Shown here in pieces: positions 36,430 to 46,675 of a DNA stretch of 64,000 nucleotides. Source of the DNA: Staphylococcus sp. CAG:324 (GTDB lineage: Bacteria > Bacillota_I > Bacilli_A > ML615J-28 > CAG-313); assembly GCA_000433035.1 (NCBI GenBank), contig FR890808.1:525-64524 (forward strand). The letters run 5' to 3'. Under the pieces are notes generated by a model. The model made no database searches and had not been told where the DNA came from. It was given only the letters and a program-made list of their open reading frames with translations. Position 1 is the stretch's first letter. The number at the start of each line of letters is the position of its first letter. Both the position numbers and the translations under genes were made by a program.

Positions 36430-38013
36430 TTACTCACTGAGAACTAAACATGTAAACTCAACTGCTAATAAATAGTTACTACTATCATAATATGAAAGTA
36501 TTACATATTTATCACCATTTTCATAATCTAAATTACCAATCTTATTTTGATTTAAATTTAATACTAAAAAATAATCAGCATTTTCCACAAATTCATATCC
36601 CAAATTAGTTAGCATCTTTTTAGCATCTTCATAAATAGGAAAAATATTTTTATAATTTATATCATCATTTTTACTTTTCCAATTGAAATTATTTTTAATT
36701 GAATTTTCTAATTCTTCAATTTCAGTTTTTTTATTAAAAGTCCATATTTGATATGTTTCAATATTGTAATGAATATCATCATTTGTTATACTGTCTAATT
36801 CATTTTCAAAATAAATTGTATAATAATCCCTAGGCATCTGCGTTTGTGTAGTATTCTTGATTGTTTCAATTAATTGATTATTATTCTTGCTTGTTAATAT
36901 TTTATGATTCATTAGAACCAATCCAATATTAAAAAGACAAATGATGCCTACGATTGCTCCAACAATAATATTTTTGCTACTTTTAAATTGATATTTTTTA
37001 TAAGCAACAATCCCCATTATTATGGAAACAATAGGAAAAATAAGAGCTACTAAATAAACAATAATCTGATTCATTAAAGTATTATCACTATTGGTTAAAT
37101 TAAAAATAAATTTAATAATAAATAAAACTAGAACTGAAAGAATGGTCAAACTCCATAAAATACCATTCAAAATTCTTGTTTTTTTATTTACATTTTGTTT
37201 TTGTAATTGCATTTGTTCAATATTAATGTAATTCGGACAATTTTTTTGAATTGAAGTTCTAACTTTAATTAGACTCTCATCATCTAATGTATTTTTATCA
37301 ATTGTGACAATCGCTTTTTGTTCGCTATTTACCATACAAACAATAAGTCCCTCTTTTTCAATTGCTCTAATTATATCTTTATAATTAAAGGTGATTTCTG
37401 GATATCTTATATCATCGGATGTAATTTTAATATATTCATTATAATATTGATATTCTTTTTTTACATTATTATATTGTTCTAACCATTCTTTTTTGCCATT
37501 TTTAAATCTGATTAATGTAAAAATAATTTTAATAACTGCGTATGCCGCAAAACCGAAGCATATGTAAGCAATTATATTAAATTTAGATACAATAGCATAT
37601 ACACCAACTAATAAATAACCAAAAAACGATATCATAAACTGAATAAAATAACGTTGATAATCTTTTTTAAAAATTTTATTAAAAATATTTTCAGAATAGA
37701 TTATATTTGAACTTGCAAAAGGAATTTCTTCTAAATCTACTTTTTTCAAAGTTTCTTCTAAAACAGATCCTTCAGTTTGATCTAATACATTATCATTAAC
37801 ATTTGCAACTTTTTGTTCAATACTATAACTTAAATCACTAAGAGTTACACCAAGAGCAATGGATAGAGCTAGTTTTTTATCAAGAGTTGGTTCTAATTCG
37901 TTATTTTCGTACTTCAGAAGATTTTCTACACTATCATTTATTTTTTTTGCTAACTCTTCTATTGATATGTTATTGTTTTCTCTAAGAGTTTTTATTTTTT
38001 GACCAATATTCAT
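36430..38013 (-). CDS. Membrane-embedded XRE-family HTH protein with YcxB-like domain
   Basis: N-terminal HTH IGQKIKTLRENNNISIEELAKKINDSVENLLKYENN, then two TM pairs flanking a YcxB-like region and a C-terminal soluble domain. RBS AGGAGG. Confidence 0.75.
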   Translation of the reverse strand: MNIGQKIKTLRENNNISIEELAKKINDSVENLLKYENNELEPTLDKKLALSIALGVTLSDLSYSIEQKVANVNDNVLDQTEGSVLEETLKKVDLEEIPFASSNIIYSENIFNKIFKKDYQRYFIQFMISFFGYLLVGVYAIVSKFNIIAYICFGFAAYAVIKIIFTLIRFKNGKKEWLEQYNNVKKEYQYYNEYIKITSDDIRYPEITFNYKDIIRAIEKEGLIVCMVNSEQKAIVTIDKNTLDDESLIKVRTSIQKNCPNYINIEQMQLQKQNVNKKTRILNGILWSLTILSVLVLFIIKFIFNLTNSDNTLMNQIIVYLVALIFPIVSIIMGIVAYKKYQFKSSKNIIVGAIVGIICLFNIGLVLMNHKILTSKNNNQLIETIKNTTQTQMPRDYYTIYFENELDSITNDDIHYNIETYQIWTFNKKTEIEELENSIKNNFNWKSKNDDINYKNIFPIYEDAKKMLTNLGYEFVENADYFLVLNLNQNKIGNLDYENGDKYVILSYYDSSNYLLAVEFTCLVLSE

Positions 38014-38118
38014 ATGTACCTCCTTAGTTATTTTCCTTCCTTATATCTATTATATCAAAAAAAAATATTTTATATATCTTTTTTGATTAAATACTTTTAT
38101 TTTTTATATTGTAATATG

Positions 38119-38168
38119 AAAAAAACCTCTTTCTTGATTTTATATTATTATCAAGATAGAGGTTTTTT
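38119..38168 (-). terminator. Intrinsic terminator of the GH18 lipoprotein gene
   Basis: Long hairpin AACCTCTttCTTGAT...ATCAAGatAGAGGTT with a T-run on the minus strand. Confidence 0.65.
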
Positions 38169-40337
38169 CTATTTTAAAGATTCATACATTGCATTAACTA
38201 AAATGGCTACACCATTACTATCAATATAATCTTGCGTAAGTTCCCAGCACATTAATCCTCCAAGATTATTTTCTTTTACATATTGACATTTATCTTTTAT
38301 ACTCTTTACATTATCATAACTATAAAATACATTATTACAAATTATATAAGCTGCTTTAGCACTTTCATCATATTGTTCTATATATTGATCATTATTTTCT
38401 ATTAAATTCATTAAATTTGCAAACGTCATTGAACCAGAACCCATTGAAGTTTTTAATGAACTACCCAGTTGTTGACTAACACCATCACTAAAAGTACCTT
38501 TTCTAACATAAAATGCAGCACCGGGAATAATTTTATCCTTATCAACATATTTACTAACAAAACTAACACTTGCATCTAAAGAACTAGGTGAAACACTAGT
38601 TGTATAAAGAGCAGAATCATGCTGTGCTTTAGTGCCCATTGCAAAATCATATGTCATAACATTGAAAATATCAACATAATTATTTAAAGCTACTAAATCA
38701 TAATATTTAGTACTAGCTGTAATTGCAATCGAAAGAATTAAATCATCTCGGTATTCTATCATTCTTTCTTTTAATTCTTGACAAAATAAGGTTAAATTCG
38801 CTCGATCACTTGGATCCGATTCAATACCAGCCACACTACTAGTTGGGTATTCCCAATCAATATCAATTCCATCAAATTGGTATTCATCTATTACTCTCAT
38901 AATTGAATCAATTAGTTTTGTTCTCCCCTCTTCGGTTTTCATAGCAGGACTAAAGCCACCAGAACCCCAACCACCGATTGCAAGACCAATTCTAATTCCC
39001 TTATTCCGATATTCTAATACCTTTTCTACTTTCATATTGCTAGATAGATGAACCTCACCATTGGAAATGGTTGCAAACGAGTAATTTATATAATCTAATT
39101 GTTCTAATGCTTTATCTGATAATCCCGAGAATCCTCCATAATCATATAAATAACCACTAACAATTTTCCCTTTCATTAAAGGTTTTAAAATAAGTTTAGG
39201 CACTAAGATATCAAAAGAAAGGGAATATTCTTTATCACTATATAATATTTGTACGCTTAGTTTTAAATTTGTATCGGTTGTAAATCTTTTTACCACTCCT
39301 GTATCGGTTAACACTTTTTTATTAGAAGAACTCCAAATAAAAGTAGCACTACAAAATTTTAAAGATTCAATTAAATTTAAATTTGTCGTCACAACAGTTG
39401 GTATCAAACTACTTAAATAATTATCTAATACTTCTTTTTTCATTTCCCATCCAGCTGCTAAAGTTACATTACCTGTAACAGGTTGATTGAAATCATATTT
39501 TATACCATATCTATTCCATCCAGTAAAATCATATCCTTCTTTAACAGGTTGAATTGGTTCTTCAATTTTATCGCCATATAAAACCTGAATCGACTCAATT
39601 GTACTATCACTATAGGTTGTAAAATCAACTGTATACATAACTTTTTCCCACTTGGCATAAATTTTTAGATGTTTGTTAATTGGTAGTTGATTATCAAAGA
39701 TTTCTCCTTCTAAAACCCATCCTTTAAAAATATGACCTTCTTTAGTAGGTACACTTGGTAAATCAACTGTTTCATTCATTTCAACAACAATTGATGAAAA
39801 CAAATCATCATCATCTTTCATAAAATCAACTCGACATTTTGTTTGTTCCCATTTTGCAACCAATTTATAATTTTTATTAGTAATACATTCTATCTTTTCA
39901 TCATTTTCATACCAACCTAAAAAACGATAATATTCTTTAGTTGGAATGGGTAATTCAACATATTCATCCGTTAAAAAACCTGTTGGATAAGATGTTGGCA
40001 TTTGACCACCATCAAGATGATAAACTATTGTATATTCCAATTTTTCCCATTTTGCATAAAGAACAAAATGGTTGATAACAGGATCATTAAAATTATACTT
40101 ATTTCCTTCTGTAACAGATTCAGTTGTATACCAACCAGCAAACCGGTATCCATCTTTAATGGGATCATTAGGTTGATTAACAAGATCTTTTTTATTTATT
40201 TCTTGAGACTCAATATAAGAGCCACCAAGTGTATTAAAACTGACTATAAATTTTTCCTTTTTACAAGAACAAAGTACCATCAATCCAACACTTATAATAG
40301 TTAAAAATAAATATCTATATTTTTTCATTATTATCAT
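38169..40337 (-). CDS. Surface lipoprotein: four Listeria-Bacteroides repeats plus a GH18 chitinase/endo-beta-N-acetylglucosaminidase-like domain
   Basis: Lipobox VLCSC. Four repeats ending (Y/L)AKWE. GH18 catalytic motif FDGIDIDWEYP. Start ambiguous (40328, 40337 or 40340). Confidence 0.85.
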   Translation of the reverse strand: MIIMKKYRYLFLTIISVGLMVLCSCKKEKFIVSFNTLGGSYIESQEINKKDLVNQPNDPIKDGYRFAGWYTTESVTEGNKYNFNDPVINHFVLYAKWEKLEYTIVYHLDGGQMPTSYPTGFLTDEYVELPIPTKEYYRFLGWYENDEKIECITNKNYKLVAKWEQTKCRVDFMKDDDDLFSSIVVEMNETVDLPSVPTKEGHIFKGWVLEGEIFDNQLPINKHLKIYAKWEKVMYTVDFTTYSDSTIESIQVLYGDKIEEPIQPVKEGYDFTGWNRYGIKYDFNQPVTGNVTLAAGWEMKKEVLDNYLSSLIPTVVTTNLNLIESLKFCSATFIWSSSNKKVLTDTGVVKRFTTDTNLKLSVQILYSDKEYSLSFDILVPKLILKPLMKGKIVSGYLYDYGGFSGLSDKALEQLDYINYSFATISNGEVHLSSNMKVEKVLEYRNKGIRIGLAIGGWGSGGFSPAMKTEEGRTKLIDSIMRVIDEYQFDGIDIDWEYPTSSVAGIESDPSDRANLTLFCQELKERMIEYRDDLILSIAITASTKYYDLVALNNYVDIFNVMTYDFAMGTKAQHDSALYTTSVSPSSLDASVSFVSKYVDKDKIIPGAAFYVRKGTFSDGVSQQLGSSLKTSMGSGSMTFANLMNLIENNDQYIEQYDESAKAAYIICNNVFYSYDNVKSIKDKCQYVKENNLGGLMCWELTQDYIDSNGVAILVNAMYESLK

Positions 40338-40866
40338 CAAGTATCCCTTCTACAAATTTTCTTGCACTTTTTCTAGTTTTAAATATTTTCAAATCAATAT
40401 GAGGATATTTCATCCATATATTGATCAATTGGGGAAAATAATCTTTTTTAAATACTTTCACCCAATCAATAAATTCATAATATGCCTGATTGAATTGTTC
40501 ATTACATCCACTACCTAAATCTACTCTTTTTACAAAAAAGCCTTTAACTGTTCTAAAAAAGATACTTTTCACACAAATTGAAGTTTTGATATCAAGCATT
40601 ATTACTAAATCAGCATTAGATAAACGAATATCTAAAGTATCAATATAATTTCCATCCATAATCCAATTGTCTTGTTTGGTTAAGTTTTCAATCTTACTCT
40701 CCCATTGTTTATAATCAGGCTTTTGCCAATTTGGTAGCCAATATTCTTTATCTAAATGATAAACTTTGATACCACTTTTTTTTGCTAATTTCTTTGCTAA
40801 AGTAGTTTTACCAGAACCGCCTGCACCCAAAACAACTATTTTTTTATATTTTTTATTACTTATCAT
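40315..40866 (-). CDS. P-loop NTPase/kinase (FlaR/topology-modulation-like AAA family)
   Basis: VVLGAGGSGKTTLAKKLA Walker A at the N-terminus, about 180 aa. RBS GAAGGGA. Confidence 0.8.
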   Translation of the reverse strand: MISNKKYKKIVVLGAGGSGKTTLAKKLAKKSGIKVYHLDKEYWLPNWQKPDYKQWESKIENLTKQDNWIMDGNYIDTLDIRLSNADLVIMLDIKTSICVKSIFFRTVKGFFVKRVDLGSGCNEQFNQAYYEFIDWVKVFKKDYFPQLINIWMKYPHIDLKIFKTRKSARKFVEGILDDNNEKI

Positions 40867-40940
40867 ACTATCCCTTCATATATCACTCTTATCTAAATTT
40901 ATTATACTATACAATACTCCTTTTTGCAATAAATAGGCAA

Positions 40941-40967
40941 AAATAAAAATCCCAAAATTGGGATTTT
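40941..40967 (-). terminator. Intrinsic terminator of pheST
   Basis: AAAATCCCAA/TTGGGATTTT immediately after the TAA, followed by TTTTTATTTTT on the minus strand. Confidence 0.7.
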
Positions 40968-43356
40968 ATGATCTTAACGTTATACCAAACCGATATGCTA
41001 AAGACTTCAAAATTTTATTAATTTTGGTAGAAATAATTTCCTCTGTTAAAGTTTCATTTGATTCTAAAGTTATTCTAAGTGCTACACTTTTTTGATTATT
41101 TGCTATTTTTTCACCAATGTAAACGTCAAATATTTTTACATTAGAAATCATTTTATCACTTTTCTTAATGGCTTCAATTATTTCACCCATATTTTGATTA
41201 AGATTCATAACCAAAGCTAAATCACGCTCTACTGAGGGAACTTTTGATATTGGCGTAAACGAAATAATAGGCTTTTCTTCACTAAGCATTGTGTCTAAAA
41301 ATAATTCAAAAACATAGCTTTCATCAATATCTTGTTTTTTAACATATTTTGGATGCAACTCACCAATAAAACCAATTGTTTTTTGATTTAATACAATTTT
41401 TGCAACCCTATTGGGGTGAAGTTCTTTTGGTGGATTTTCGACAGTCTCATATTTAACTTCCAACCTTAATTTCCTAAATAATAAATCTAATATTCCTTTT
41501 ACATAGAAAAAATCAATATTTTTATGATTGCTATGCCATGGATTATCAGGGATCATCCCTGTTACTATTCCAGAAAGTAACGTTTCTTCATAGGTTTCTT
41601 CACCATCTTGATAATATTTTTTCCCCATTTCAAAAAACATATTGTCCTTCATTTTTCTTGCTTGATGATATTTTAAAACTTCAACAAGTGATGGCAACAA
41701 ACTTTTTCTTAAAACCATATGATCTTCACTCATTGGATGACTCAATGTTATCACATCATCATTTTGATATTCACTAAATGAAAATTCGTTAACACTTTGA
41801 GGATTAACAAGAGAATATGTAATAGTTTCATTAAAACCCAAAGTAGAAAGTGTATGTCTAATCAATCTACGAATTTTTTGTTTTTTTGTTAGACCACCAT
41901 TGACATTTGTTAAGGGGAGAGTCTCCTCTAATTTATCATAGCCATTTATTCTAGCAATTTCTTCTACTAAGTCTTCTTTAATTGTAATATCTAGTCTTCG
42001 ATTTGGAACATAAACTAAAATATTATGTTGATCTTCTTCAACTTTGAATGATAAAGAAGTTAAAATTTCTATCATTCTTTTCTTAGTAATTTTAACACCT
42101 AAACAAGACTCAACGTATTTTTCGTCTAATACTAATAATTTATCATCAATATGATTCATACCTTGATGAACATAACCCTTTAAAATTTTTCCATCTGCAT
42201 ATTTTTCTAATAAATAACAAGCATAATTAACTGCATCAAGTGATTGATTTAAATCTACACCTCTTTCATAACGAACACTTGATTCACTTCTAAGCGATAA
42301 TTTAGATGATGTTTTTCTAATACTAAGAGGTCTAAAAACTGCTGATTCTAAAACAATATTTTTTGTTAAAGGGGTAACCTCCGTATTTTGAGATCCCATA
42401 ACGCCCGCAATACATACTGGTTTTTCCCCATCTGTAATGACAATATCACTATTGTTAAGCGTTCTTTCAATACCATCAAGAGTAACTGTTTTTTCTCCAT
42501 CTTTTGCTCTTCTAACAACAATATTATGACCAAGTTTATCTTTATCAAACGAATGAAGTGGTTGACCAAAAAGCATTAAAACATAATTCGTTATATCAAC
42601 GACATTGTTTATTGGTCTAATACCACTTGCTATTAATCTTGCCTTAATAAAATTGGGTGATTCTTTAATTGTTACATCTTCAATAACTCTAGCATAATAT
42701 GAATAACAATTTTTCGTATTGAGAGTTACTTGAATTTGATCTGATGTTAATTTATCAATTTCGTGAAATTCATATTTTAAGGGAATGCATTCACTATGAT
42801 ACATTGCCTTTACATCATTAGCAACTCCTAACATTGAAAGCAAATCCATTCTATTGGGAGTTAAACCTAGTTCAATTGCATAATCATCCAAACATAAATA
42901 TTCTAATGCATTACTTCCTACTTTGGCATCATCTTTTAAAACATATATTCCATGAGCATATTCACTAGGAATATACTTTGATTCTAATCCTAATTCTTGT
43001 AATGAACAGATCATTCCATTTGATTCAATTCCTCGAATAGTTGATTTTTTGATTATACCACCAGGTAATACGGCATCAGGTAAGGCTACAATAACTTTTT
43101 GTCCAACCTCTACATTTGGAGCTCCACAAACGATTTGTAACTCGTAATCACCAAAATTGACCATACATACATTTAAATGATCGGAATTTTCATGTTTTTT
43201 CTTACTTGTAACAAGTCCAACAACTAAATTAGTCGCATCAATCAATTTCTTAAATGATTCTACCTCTACACTATATAATGACATTTCTTCAGCTAATTTT
43301 TCAGCTGAAACATTTAGTTTTACCAGTTCTTTTAACCAATTATAAGATACTATCAT
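40966..43356 (-). CDS. pheT: Phenylalanine--tRNA ligase beta subunit
   Basis: MIVSYNWLKELV... with tRNA-binding, B3/4, B5 and FDX-ACB regions. The start lies 1 nt after the pheS stop. Confidence 0.96.
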   Translation of the reverse strand: MIVSYNWLKELVKLNVSAEKLAEEMSLYSVEVESFKKLIDATNLVVGLVTSKKKHENSDHLNVCMVNFGDYELQIVCGAPNVEVGQKVIVALPDAVLPGGIIKKSTIRGIESNGMICSLQELGLESKYIPSEYAHGIYVLKDDAKVGSNALEYLCLDDYAIELGLTPNRMDLLSMLGVANDVKAMYHSECIPLKYEFHEIDKLTSDQIQVTLNTKNCYSYYARVIEDVTIKESPNFIKARLIASGIRPINNVVDITNYVLMLFGQPLHSFDKDKLGHNIVVRRAKDGEKTVTLDGIERTLNNSDIVITDGEKPVCIAGVMGSQNTEVTPLTKNIVLESAVFRPLSIRKTSSKLSLRSESSVRYERGVDLNQSLDAVNYACYLLEKYADGKILKGYVHQGMNHIDDKLLVLDEKYVESCLGVKITKKRMIEILTSLSFKVEEDQHNILVYVPNRRLDITIKEDLVEEIARINGYDKLEETLPLTNVNGGLTKKQKIRRLIRHTLSTLGFNETITYSLVNPQSVNEFSFSEYQNDDVITLSHPMSEDHMVLRKSLLPSLVEVLKYHQARKMKDNMFFEMGKKYYQDGEETYEETLLSGIVTGMIPDNPWHSNHKNIDFFYVKGILDLLFRKLRLEVKYETVENPPKELHPNRVAKIVLNQKTIGFIGELHPKYVKKQDIDESYVFELFLDTMLSEEKPIISFTPISKVPSVERDLALVMNLNQNMGEIIEAIKKSDKMISNVKIFDVYIGEKIANNQKSVALRITLESNETLTEEIISTKINKILKSLAYRFGITLRS

Positions 43357-43357
43357 A

Positions 43358-44392
43358 TTATCTTTCTCCTTCAAATTGTTTCAAAAAGCGAAAATCATTT
43401 ACATAAAAATTTCTAATATCATCAATATTATGTCTTAACATTGTTAATCTTTCAATACCAGCCCCAAAAGCAAATCCTTTCCAAACCTTAGGATCATATC
43501 CTGCGCCCTCTAAAACATGAGGATGTACCATACCAGCTCCTAAAACTTCAATCCAACCTGTATGTTTACACATTGGACAACCCTTTCCCCCACATTTAAA
43601 GCAGCTCACATCCACTTCCACACTTGGTTCGGTAAAAGGAAAATAGGATGGTTTAAAACGAATTTTACGATTTTCACCGAACATCTTTTTCATAAGTAAA
43701 CTTAATGTTCCTTTTAAATCTGACATTGTAATATTTTTGTCTACCACCAATCCTTCGAGTTGCATAAATTGATGCGAATGGGTAGCATCATCATCATCAC
43801 GTCGATATACTTTACCTGGACAAACTATTTTTACAGGTTTTCCTTGCGCTTCTAGTAATGTCCTTACTTGAACTGGAGATGTTTGTGTACGCATAAGAAG
43901 GTTATCATTTATATAAAAAGAATCTTGCATATCACGAGCAGGATGACCTTTGGGAACATTTAGCATTTCAAAATTAAATACATCTATTTCAACTTCCGGT
44001 CCTTCTGCAATACTATACCCCATACCAGTAAAAATATCTTCTAATTCTTCAATCACCTTATTTAAAGGATGAATAGAACCCTGTCTAGTTTCATATCCCG
44101 GCATTGTCACATCAATTGTTTCAGCTTTTAATTTTTCATTAATTTCAGTTTCTTCAAGTTGAATTTTTTTATTGCATAAAGCCTTTTCTATTTGTTGTTT
44201 CACGTTATTTGATGCTGCACCAATTCTTTTTTTATCCTCAATTGTTGCATTAGAAAGCGTCTTCATAATTTCAGCCAGAGGACTTTTTTTACCCGTATAA
44301 AACGCTCTTATCTCATTTAATTTAAGAAAAGTTGTGGCATTATCAATTTCTAATAATGCTTGTGTTAAAATTTCATCTAATTTAGTATTCAT
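43358..44392 (-). CDS. pheS: Phenylalanine--tRNA ligase alpha subunit
   Basis: Class II motifs ([30 protein letters not shown]). RBS GGAGGAA. Confidence 0.97.
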   Translation of the reverse strand: MNTKLDEILTQALLEIDNATTFLKLNEIRAFYTGKKSPLAEIMKTLSNATIEDKKRIGAASNNVKQQIEKALCNKKIQLEETEINEKLKAETIDVTMPGYETRQGSIHPLNKVIEELEDIFTGMGYSIAEGPEVEIDVFNFEMLNVPKGHPARDMQDSFYINDNLLMRTQTSPVQVRTLLEAQGKPVKIVCPGKVYRRDDDDATHSHQFMQLEGLVVDKNITMSDLKGTLSLLMKKMFGENRKIRFKPSYFPFTEPSVEVDVSCFKCGGKGCPMCKHTGWIEVLGAGMVHPHVLEGAGYDPKVWKGFAFGAGIERLTMLRHNIDDIRNFYVNDFRFLKQFEGER

Positions 44393-44404
44393 AAATTCCT
44401 CCAA

Positions 44405-44647
44405 AATAAAAAAGTTTCATCCAACAAAGGACGAAACATTCGTGGTACCACCTTTTTTCAAGACAAATTAAAACGATTCGTTTTAATCATTATCTCCTCT
44501 TATTCTTTAACGCAGAAATACGAGCTTTTTTACAGCCACTCATGGGTGAACTTCAATAATATCTTTTATAGATAAGTTTTCAGTCTATGACTTATCCTCC
44601 CTAAATAAAATTATATTATTTACTCTTCCAATCAAAGATTTTATTAT
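44405..44647 (-). promoter_or_regulatory. T-box leader (Phe, specifier UUC) controlling pheST
   Basis: T-box sequence GGTGGTACCACG (plus coordinates 44441-44452), then terminator GTTTCGTCC...GGATGAAAC plus a T-run. Specifier context GAAG-UUC-A at 44548-44550. Confidence 0.9.
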
Positions 44648-44653
44648 GTTTAT

Positions 44654-44682
44654 ATTATACTATAATTTATTTAACTTTGCAA
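44654..44682 (-). promoter_or_regulatory. Sigma-A type promoter of the pheS T-box leader
   Basis: TTGCAA (44677-44682), 17 nt spacer, TATAAT (44654-44659) on the minus strand. Confidence 0.6.
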
Positions 44683-44708
44683 AAAAAAAGCCTACTTAAA
44701 TGTAGGCC
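44681..44708 (-). terminator. Intrinsic terminator of the CotD-like gene
   Basis: GCCTAC-atttaa-GTAGGC followed by a run of 9 T on the minus strand. Confidence 0.6.
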
Positions 44709-44726
44709 TATAGCTAAACATTGCTA

Positions 44727-45104
44727 TTATCTTGGAAACATAGAGTTATTAGGTTCGTTAACATGTACTTCACTACATGTATAATTAGGTATAAATTCGT
44801 TTTGTGTTACATGATGATGAACCACTTCTGTATGATAATTGTGAACATATGGTTGTTTTGTTACATGATATTGATCAATTACTTGCTTTGAACAAGTTAC
44901 AATTGGAGGACAACATTTGTAAGTAGTTGGACATTTTGGTCTTTGGCAACAATTAAAATTAGGTTGTTCTACATTCACATTATTGCAACCACATCCACAT
45001 GTTTGTTGATTATCCATTTGAAAATTTTCATTGTTTTGTTGATTATTAGTCATATTCATACCAGGAAAATTATTATTCATAAATGGATTATTAAATCTTT
45101 GCAT
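44727..45104 (-). CDS. Cys/His/Asn-rich protein, CotD-like spore coat protein (tentative)
   Basis: RBS AGAGGTGA. N/Q-rich N-terminus, CGCGC/CC clusters, then YHVTKQPYVHNYHTEVVHHHVTQNEF, which resembles His-rich CotD repeats. Confidence 0.45.
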   Translation of the reverse strand: MQRFNNPFMNNNFPGMNMTNNQQNNENFQMDNQQTCGCGCNNVNVEQPNFNCCQRPKCPTTYKCCPPIVTCSKQVIDQYHVTKQPYVHNYHTEVVHHHVTQNEFIPNYTCSEVHVNEPNNSMFPR

Positions 45105-45223
45105 AGCAATTTCACCTCTTTCTATTATAGTATATTTTATTTTATCTTTTTTGTATAGGCTACTTACATCTTTTTTGTTTTTTTGACAATCAAAATGATT
45201 ATAATATATTTGAGGTGAAAAAT

Positions 45224-45814
45224 ATGTACTTAACTCCCGTTGTCATTGAACAAACATCACGAGGTGAAAGAAGTTTTGATATTTATTCAAGACTTTTAAA
45301 AGATCGCATTATATTAATTTTTGGAGAAATTAATGATGCAATGAGTGCAAGTGTAATTGCACAATTATTATTTTTGTCTAGTGTTGATAAAGATAAAGAC
45401 ATTTATCTTTATATCAACTCTCCTGGCGGATCAGTTACGGCTGGCCTTGCTATATATGATACTATGAACTATATACCCAACGAATGTGTCACAATAGGAA
45501 TGGGTATTTGTGCTAGCATGGCTGCTTTTTTGCTTTCTAGTGGCCAAAAAGAGAAACGTTTTGCTTTAAAATATACTAAAATTATGATACATCAACCACT
45601 TGGTGGAGCTCAAGGGCAAGCTAGTGATATTAAAATTATGGCAGAAGAAATAATTAAAACCAAAAAAATTTTAAATACCATTTTGTCTGAACAAACCAAT
45701 AAAGATTTATCAGTCATTGAAAAGGATACGGATAGAGATTTTTATATGGATACAAATGAAGCCAAAGAATATGGTTTAATTGATAACATTCTAGAAAAAA
45801 ATATTCAATTATAA
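45224..45814 (+). CDS. clpP: ATP-dependent Clp protease proteolytic subunit
   Basis: Ser-His-Asp catalytic context ([20 protein letters not shown]). Start trimmed to the ATG at 45224, after GAGGTGA. Confidence 0.97.
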   Translation: MYLTPVVIEQTSRGERSFDIYSRLLKDRIILIFGEINDAMSASVIAQLLFLSSVDKDKDIYLYINSPGGSVTAGLAIYDTMNYIPNECVTIGMGICASMAAFLLSSGQKEKRFALKYTKIMIHQPLGGAQGQASDIKIMAEEIIKTKKILNTILSEQTNKDLSVIEKDTDRDFYMDTNEAKEYGLIDNILEKNIQL

Positions 45815-45829
45815 AAAAGATTTACACTT

Positions 45830-46672
45830 TTAAGGTGTAAACCATTTAGGAGTTGAAATAATTTTAATTATTTTTTGATTAACGGGATGTTTAAATTCTA
45901 AATAATGACTATGAAGATGTAAAATATTATCGTTTGTTTTGTTTCCATATAACTCATCGCCAATAATTGGATGTTCCATACTTGCAAAATGTAATCTTAA
46001 TTGATGGGTTTTACCCGTATGAAGGGTTGCTAAAACCTGTGTTTTATCACCACTTCTTTTTAAAACTTTATATGTAGTCTTACTATTCATAAAATTATGA
46101 CTTAATTTTCTTTTAATTATGCTTTCTTCATCCTTTTCGATCCCCCCCTCTATTATACCTTCATTTGCTTGAATGATACCTTCTACTTCTAAAAGGTATT
46201 GTTTTACTATTGGGGTTTGTTTCATTAGGGCTAAAATATATGGATTTTTGGCAATGGCAATGATTCCCGATGTTGCATAATCTAATCTACCGATAAAATG
46301 AACATTGGCAATAATACCTCTTATTTTATAGTATGACATCACATAATTAGCTAATGACTTATCGTAATGCTTTCTTGTTGGAATAGAAGCAATATTACTT
46401 TCTTTATTGATAATTAAAAAATAAGCATCTTCATATAAAATTTCAAAGTCTTTCTTTATTGATTTAATATTAGGACCTTGAACAGAGGCAGGAAAAACAA
46501 TTTCTAATTTGTCACCTTTAGTTAATTGATACCAATTATCAACCGTCTGATCGTTTACTAAATATTGACCATTCAATTTTTTTATTTCTTTTTGAATATT
46601 TGAAAAAATACCTATTTTTTTCAAATATTCCTTCAAAATCAAATCTTCATCAACAATATATCTTTTAATCAT
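45830..46672 (-). CDS. RluA-family pseudouridine synthase with S4-like N-terminus
   Basis: HFIGRLDYATSGIIAIAKN catalytic Asp motif and HTGKTHQLRLH. Confidence 0.9.
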   Translation of the reverse strand: MIKRYIVDEDLILKEYLKKIGIFSNIQKEIKKLNGQYLVNDQTVDNWYQLTKGDKLEIVFPASVQGPNIKSIKKDFEILYEDAYFLIINKESNIASIPTRKHYDKSLANYVMSYYKIRGIIANVHFIGRLDYATSGIIAIAKNPYILALMKQTPIVKQYLLEVEGIIQANEGIIEGGIEKDEESIIKRKLSHNFMNSKTTYKVLKRSGDKTQVLATLHTGKTHQLRLHFASMEHPIIGDELYGNKTNDNILHLHSHYLEFKHPVNQKIIKIISTPKWFTP

Positions 46673-46675
46673 TCT

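Noticed and set aside
45170-45223. Possible CtsR operator or promoter upstream of clpP (TTTGACAATCAAAATGA).
   Set aside because: It does not match the tandem GGTCAAA-NAN-GGTCAAA heptad repeat. The TTGACA and TATAAT elements are only 11 nt apart. I could not define a convincing promoter or operator by eye.
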